Position numbers and translations under genes: made by a program. The notes below the pieces were generated by a model. That model was given only the letters and a program-made list of their open reading frames with translations. It was not told where the DNA came from and did no database searches. Positions 59,189-64,000 of a stretch of 64,000 nucleotides of DNA are shown here, in pieces. The stretch is from Deltaproteobacteria bacterium (GTDB lineage: Bacteria; Myxococcota; Kuafuiibacteriia; Kuafuiibacteriales; Kuafuiibacteriaceae): the NCBI GenBank assembly GCA_040218735.1, contig JAVJQW010000041.1:128001-192000 (forward strand). Reading direction: 5' to 3'. Position 1 is the first letter of the stretch. Each line of letters begins with the position of its first letter.

Positions 59189-61735
59189 ATGAGCTGGTCC
59201 GAATCCCGATCCGCGGAGGCGGCGGAGCGCTTCGACCGCTTCTTCGTCGAGCTCGACACGGCGTTCATGGAGCGCGACGAGACACTCCTGCAGTTCGGGC
59301 TCGCGTTGTTGTCGCGTGAGCACGTGCTGATGACGGGACCTCCCGGCACCGGCAAGAGCCAGCTCGCCGACGCCGTCCTCAACCGTGTCCTCGACGAGCG
59401 CACGGGGAAGCCGAGTGTGTTCGCGCGGCAGTTCTCCGAGAGCACGGTGCAGACCGACCTGATCGGCCCCATCGACTTCAAGACGCTGATGGATACCGGT
59501 CGCACCGAGCACTTCACGGACGAAGGCATGCTCGGCGCCGTGCACGCCTTCCTCGACGAGGTCTTCGACGGACGCGACATGTTGTTGCGCTCGACGCTGA
59601 ACCTCCTCCACGAACGCGAGCTCAAGCAGGGCGCGCGGACGACCTCGGGACACATCGAGGTCGCCTTCATGACCAGCAATCGCTACATCTCGGAGATCCT
59701 CGAGTCGTCGCGGCAGACGCTGCTCGCGTTCCTGGACCGGGTGGCGTTCATCAGCTTTCTGCCCCGCGGGTTTGCTCGGCCGGAGAACCTCTCGAAGGTG
59801 GTGCGCCGCTACGCCGGCGGCGTCGGCAAGCCGACCCTCGTGCGACCGCTCTTGGTGCAGGATCTCGACGCACTCCAGGCGGAGGTCGAGGACGTCTACA
59901 TGTCGCCCGAGATGTGCGACGCGCTCGTGAAGCTGGTCGAGTCGCTCGACACCGCGCTCGCCGCTGCGGTCCGCGCGGACCCCGACTTCACGCCCACGCG
60001 TTACTTCTCGACGCGAACCGTAGTTCGCGCGGCGAACGTGCTGCGTGCGCACGCCATCCTCGACAAGGCGCGGCGGGATCCGAGCCGGCCTCGCGAGGTG
60101 TTGTTCGAAGATCTCGGCTCGCTCGCGGTGCACTTCCTGTTGGCCGGGCTCCCACCGGACATGGTCAAGATGCGGCTCTCACACGAGGGCGACGAGCGCG
60201 AGCGACGGCAGCTCGAGATCATGCGCACCGAGCGCGAGATCTTCGACAACTGCCTCCGCGGACTGTCGGCGGTCCGCCGGTCGCCGCGGCCCAAGATCGA
60301 CGTCGCGAACCTCGAAGCGGCGGCTCACCGGGGACGCGAGAGGCACGATCCGAAGGCGCTGATCGACGCGACGTACGAGCTCGTATCCGCCGCACGTTCC
60401 AAGGCGGACGGCGCGGCGCGCGCCGAGCAGCTGCTGTTGGAGACGATCTCCGCGCTCGGCGACGAAGTGCTCCGTCGCGGGCTGACGCCGCACCTCGGGC
60501 GCGGTGAGGACCTCATGGCGGTCGGACGGTCGCTGCGCGACCTGGCGTCCGACATCGAGCAGAACGCGCCGGCGACCGCTCCGCTCGCGCGTTGGCTGCG
60601 GGGTCGCGCGGTGACTTTGCTCGAGTCGCAGCTCGCCGCCGTGGCGGGGCGCTCACCTCGGGCGCTCGCGTTGCTCTCGGAGCCGACGACGACGGCGGAG
60701 CAGCTCGAACAAGCGGCGGCCACCGAGCTGGCCTCGATCGAGGAGATCGTCTTGCTCATCGACGCGCTGTCGGTCGCCGGGGCGCAACTCGACGACGCCG
60801 AGGACCGTCCGCAGGCACGCGAGCCGGGGCTGGTGCGACTCGAGGACGAGCAGGTTCGGCTCTGGGACGCCTACTTCTTCCGAACTGCAGCGGACGTCCT
60901 CGCGGTCGTCGAGGAGCAAAACCTCCACGACGCGTTGCAGCGCCTCGGGCCGTCGATCGAGCGAATCGACGAAGCGTCGGCGCGTATCACGAAGCTCGGC
61001 AGAACGAGTGATCTCGCGCAGCGGGTCGTCGCGCCGCGTCTTTCGCCGCTGGTTCGAGCCGCCTTCGGTCGCCTCGGGGCTTCGTCGAGTCTGAGGCTGA
61101 TCGACGAGGTCGCCCACCTGATCGGGGAGCTGGACGAGCACCGATTGCATGGCGTGATCGGCGCCGTCGACCTCGTGACGTGGTCGGCCGAGCTCGCGCT
61201 CGAGCGCGATGCGGCGCGCGCGCGTGACACCCACGAGATCCGCGTGCGTGAAGACTTCTTGCGCGCGTGTGGAGGCGAAGAGGCCTTGTCGCTGACGGAG
61301 ACCCTCGTCGAGATCGCGGTCTACGCGACCCCGCCGACCGACTACCGGAGCGTCGCGCCGAACGACTGCATGGCCGGCATCCTCGCGACGCTCCACGCGC
61401 TCCCGGAGGCGTTGATCGCGCGCATCGGCGAGCACGACCGGCGGCGCGTCGACCACGCGCTGTCGCACCTCGAGGGGTGGTGGGCGCAGCTGGCGTTGGA
61501 GCCTGAGCTGTCGCGGATCGAGTACACCGGGTTCCTGCGGGTGATGCGTCAGGAGTGTGTACCGCTGAGGTTGTTCCTCGAGCTCGACAACCTCGTCCGG
61601 ATCTTCCCATCCGAACGTAGCTCCAGCGAGCCTCACTTCGCGCGGCTCGCGCATCTGGAAGAGGACGTGGCCAATCGGATCGGCGCGTACGTAGACGACA
61701 AGTCGAACGAGGCCTGGCGGAAGATCCTCGGGTGA
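59189..61735 (+). CDS. RavA/MoxR-like AAA+ ATPase with a long helical C-terminal extension
   Basis: EHVLMTGPPGTGKS Walker A; AFLDEVFD Walker B; LNLLHERE; TSN; LDR. Confidence 0.88.
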   Translation: MSWSESRSAEAAERFDRFFVELDTAFMERDETLLQFGLALLSREHVLMTGPPGTGKSQLADAVLNRVLDERTGKPSVFARQFSESTVQTDLIGPIDFKTLMDTGRTEHFTDEGMLGAVHAFLDEVFDGRDMLLRSTLNLLHERELKQGARTTSGHIEVAFMTSNRYISEILESSRQTLLAFLDRVAFISFLPRGFARPENLSKVVRRYAGGVGKPTLVRPLLVQDLDALQAEVEDVYMSPEMCDALVKLVESLDTALAAAVRADPDFTPTRYFSTRTVVRAANVLRAHAILDKARRDPSRPREVLFEDLGSLAVHFLLAGLPPDMVKMRLSHEGDERERRQLEIMRTEREIFDNCLRGLSAVRRSPRPKIDVANLEAAAHRGRERHDPKALIDATYELVSAARSKADGAARAEQLLLETISALGDEVLRRGLTPHLGRGEDLMAVGRSLRDLASDIEQNAPATAPLARWLRGRAVTLLESQLAAVAGRSPRALALLSEPTTTAEQLEQAAATELASIEEIVLLIDALSVAGAQLDDAEDRPQAREPGLVRLEDEQVRLWDAYFFRTAADVLAVVEEQNLHDALQRLGPSIERIDEASARITKLGRTSDLAQRVVAPRLSPLVRAAFGRLGASSSLRLIDEVAHLIGELDEHRLHGVIGAVDLVTWSAELALERDAARARDTHEIRVREDFLRACGGEEALSLTETLVEIAVYATPPTDYRSVAPNDCMAGILATLHALPEALIARIGEHDRRRVDHALSHLEGWWAQLALEPELSRIEYTGFLRVMRQECVPLRLFLELDNLVRIFPSERSSSEPHFARLAHLEEDVANRIGAYVDDKSNEAWRKILG

Positions 61736-64000
61736 GCGCGAGGTCTAGAGCGCGGCTCGACGAGCTGAGCCTGCGGATCGAGCGTCTGGTGCTCGAACCC
61801 GAGGCGATTCGCGCGCGATGGACCCGCATGATTCGACCGCTCTTGTCGGCGGTCGGATGGACCCCGCGGACATGCGTCGACGCATCGATTGCTTTGCTCG
61901 AACGACTCCGTGAGCTCACGCCCGGCGTGGCGCCGACCGACGCCGACGCGTCGCTCCTCGCGCGCGCGATCGCCGAGCTGGAGGACAACGTCGAGCAGGT
62001 CGAACGCCTCACCGTCGTCCGACGGCAACCGCTGCTCCGCCACGCGACGTGGCTGCGTCGCCTGCACGACTTCGTCGAGGGCGCCGCGCGGGCGATCGAC
62101 AACCCCAGGGATCCGCTCGCTCCGCGCCTCGCGGTCGGCCGACACGAGCTCGCCGTGCTGCCCCCGCTCGCGGCCCTGGAGAGGAAGAAGAGCTCCGACG
62201 ACGCCGAGGTCCCGCCGGCCCGCGCACAGGAGCTGCAGCTCGCGGCGATCGATCATCTCCTCGTCGAGGCCGACGACGTGCTGCACACACTCGGGCGGCG
62301 TCGCCGGCTCCTCGAGGCTGCACGACAGGTGCTCCTCGAAACGGCAGCGGCGATCGACATCGAGGCTGCCCCGACGGCGGCGCGCTTGAATCACATTCAG
62401 CGTGAGGTCACGCGCATCGACCGGCTCGAGGCCGCTGGCCTACGCGCGGGCGTCGGGCTCCTCTACCAGGCCGAGCGTGCGCTCGCGCGGGACAATCATG
62501 AGCTGCTCTACACGGCGCTCGTCGCGCTCGAGGAGCGCGCCATCGCGGGTGGGGAACATGCGCTCGCGACCGCCGCCTCCGAGGCGCTCGATACGTTGGG
62601 CGACGCGGAGACGTTCTCGGAGGCGTCCCGTCAGGCGTCGTTGACCCGATCGGCGGTCCAGATGCTCTCCGAGGAGGCGGTGGAGGCGACCCGACGGGGC
62701 TACGAAACGGCGCAGCGGGAGCATGGTCCGCCCGGTCTGGCCGACGGAGGCTTCTACGAGCTCGTGCGGAAGTACTACGTCGCGGGGGCCGAGCGGCACA
62801 CGTTGGCGTGTGCGCTCGCGGTCGACGGCGCGTTCGAGGTCGGCGGCGTGATGTCCCCGGTTCGTGTGAAGGAGCTACGAACCCGTTATCGGGCCGTGCG
62901 TCAGCCGACGCAGCGCCTCGAGCTCGTTCCGGCACAAGGCGTCGAAGATCTCGCCGACGCCGTGATCAGCGATCCGCGCAGCGTGATCCTCGAGCTCGCC
63001 GCAGGGCGCCTTCTCACGCGGCGCTACCTGACCGCGGAGCAGTACGAAGACGAACGGATCGAGATGCGCGGCGAGGTTCGCGTGTACGTGCTCGACGGGT
63101 CGGGTTCGATGGTCGGACCGCGCGCACGTATGCGCGACGCGATCCTGATCGCGGAGCTGTCGACGCTCGCGCGCCGGCTGTCGGACCGGAGCAACAACGC
63201 CCGCGTCGTGCTCTTCTATTGTTACTTCGACACGGAGGTCTCGGAGCTCGTTCGGATCGACACGTCCCAGCGAGCCATCGCCCACATCGAGTCGGTCGCC
63301 GCGACGTTGAGGACCGGTGGCACCAACATCGAGAAGGCGCTGCTCGAGAGCTTTGCCGCGGTGCGGCGCGCGAAGAGCCACGATCCTGATCTCGCGCGCG
63401 GCCAGATCGTGCTGATCACCGACGGTGAGTCGGACATCGACGAGGCGAAGATCCTCCGAGCGCGTGCGTCCGTCGGTGAGCTCGACCTGGGGGTCAGCGT
63501 CATCGCCTTGGGCCAGGAGAACCGCGTGCTGCGAGCGCTCGTCGCCGGGCAGCGCGCGCGCGGCGAGCGGGCGTTCTACCACTTCGTCGAGGACGAGACG
63601 TTGGGCCGGCTCGAAGCCGGGCGCCTCGACTTCGGGCGTGCGTTGCACCTGCCGAAGTCTCGGTGGCTCGGCGCCGGTGATCAGGTCGACGACGCGGCGC
63701 TCGCGGATACGCTGCGCGCCGCGCTCGACGAGATAGCCGACATCGAGCGCGCGTACCGGCGGGAGCGAACGGCGGACGACGGTCCACGCTGCGCCGATGC
63801 GCGAGCGCTGAAGCGGCGCTTCAACCGCTGGTTCCCGGCCCCGTCCGACGCGGCGCCGCAGTGGCCGGAGGCCGAGACACTCGAGCGAGACGATCTGGAG
63901 GCCGCCGTGGTGTTGCTCACGACCATCACCGAGGTCGTCGAGCTCGTGGAGGGGACGACCGCGGAGCGCCAGGAGGACGCCGTGGCGCTCCTCGAACGGA
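61732..64000 (+). CDS. vWA-domain protein (ViaA/CoxE-like partner), 3' truncated; absent from the ORF track
   Basis: GTG at 61732 overlaps the ATPase stop. The same frame reads VYVLDGSGSM (~63080), GGTNIEKAL and IVLITDGE, and stays open to the window end. Confidence 0.85.
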   Translation, partial: MSARSRARLDELSLRIERLVLEPEAIRARWTRMIRPLLSAVGWTPRTCVDASIALLERLRELTPGVAPTDADASLLARAIAELEDNVEQVERLTVVRRQPLLRHATWLRRLHDFVEGAARAIDNPRDPLAPRLAVGRHELAVLPPLAALERKKSSDDAEVPPARAQELQLAAIDHLLVEADDVLHTLGRRRRLLEAARQVLLETAAAIDIEAAPTAARLNHIQREVTRIDRLEAAGLRAGVGLLYQAERALARDNHELLYTALVALEERAIAGGEHALATAASEALDTLGDAETFSEASRQASLTRSAVQMLSEEAVEATRRGYETAQREHGPPGLADGGFYELVRKYYVAGAERHTLACALAVDGAFEVGGVMSPVRVKELRTRYRAVRQPTQRLELVPAQGVEDLADAVISDPRSVILELAAGRLLTRRYLTAEQYEDERIEMRGEVRVYVLDGSGSMVGPRARMRDAILIAELSTLARRLSDRSNNARVVLFYCYFDTEVSELVRIDTSQRAIAHIESVAATLRTGGTNIEKALLESFAAVRRAKSHDPDLARGQIVLITDGESDIDEAKILRARASVGELDLGVSVIALGQENRVLRALVAGQRARGERAFYHFVEDETLGRLEAGRLDFGRALHLPKSRWLGAGDQVDDAALADTLRAALDEIADIERAYRRERTADDGPRCADARALKRRFNRWFPAPSDAAPQWPEAETLERDDLEAAVVLLTTITEVVELVEGTTAERQEDAVALLER

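Overview
High-GC (~70% by eye) bacterial chromosome segment. Gene content (DUF4388 response regulator, PEGA-domain kinase, FecR/ECF cluster, DUF1501/DUF1592-type cytochrome module, CglD-like lipoproteins) points to Myxococcota; this is inference. From left to right: a GST and an M17 aminopeptidase; a complete Bat-type MoxR-DUF58-vWA-TPR operon (minus strand); a housekeeping block (tRNA-Gln, prs, rplY, pth, rpsF, rplI, dnaB) that lacks rpsR and has a collagen-like lipoprotein gene inserted; a pseudokinase/LbH pair; cinA, kbp, recA and an orphan DNA methyltransferase; a TetR-controlled LolA-like/ABC exporter operon; mscS; an ECF sigma-FecR surface-signalling cluster; a degenerate hemerythrin; pccB; and a ~1925-aa polymorphic-toxin-like protein followed by a RavA/ViaA-like AAA-vWA pair that runs off the window. 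The three strongest observations are: (1) a 29-bp motif, GTGGGCCGTTT-N13-CCACT, sits both upstream of the ECF sigma gene and upstream of a heme-lipoprotein/DUF1501 operon, defining a candidate ECF regulon with no TonB receptor in the cluster; (2) the giant protein has (ANG)26 repeats, pentapeptide repeats and two stacked toxin-like domains (RNase-like and PARP-like ART), a sigma54-like promoter, no adjacent immunity gene, and a MoxR-vWA pair directly downstream; (3) a ~171-bp palindromic element is inserted in frame into the signal peptide of a Bat-operon gene. No CRISPR array, integrase or transposase was seen. All family calls come from motif recognition by eye; no database search was run.
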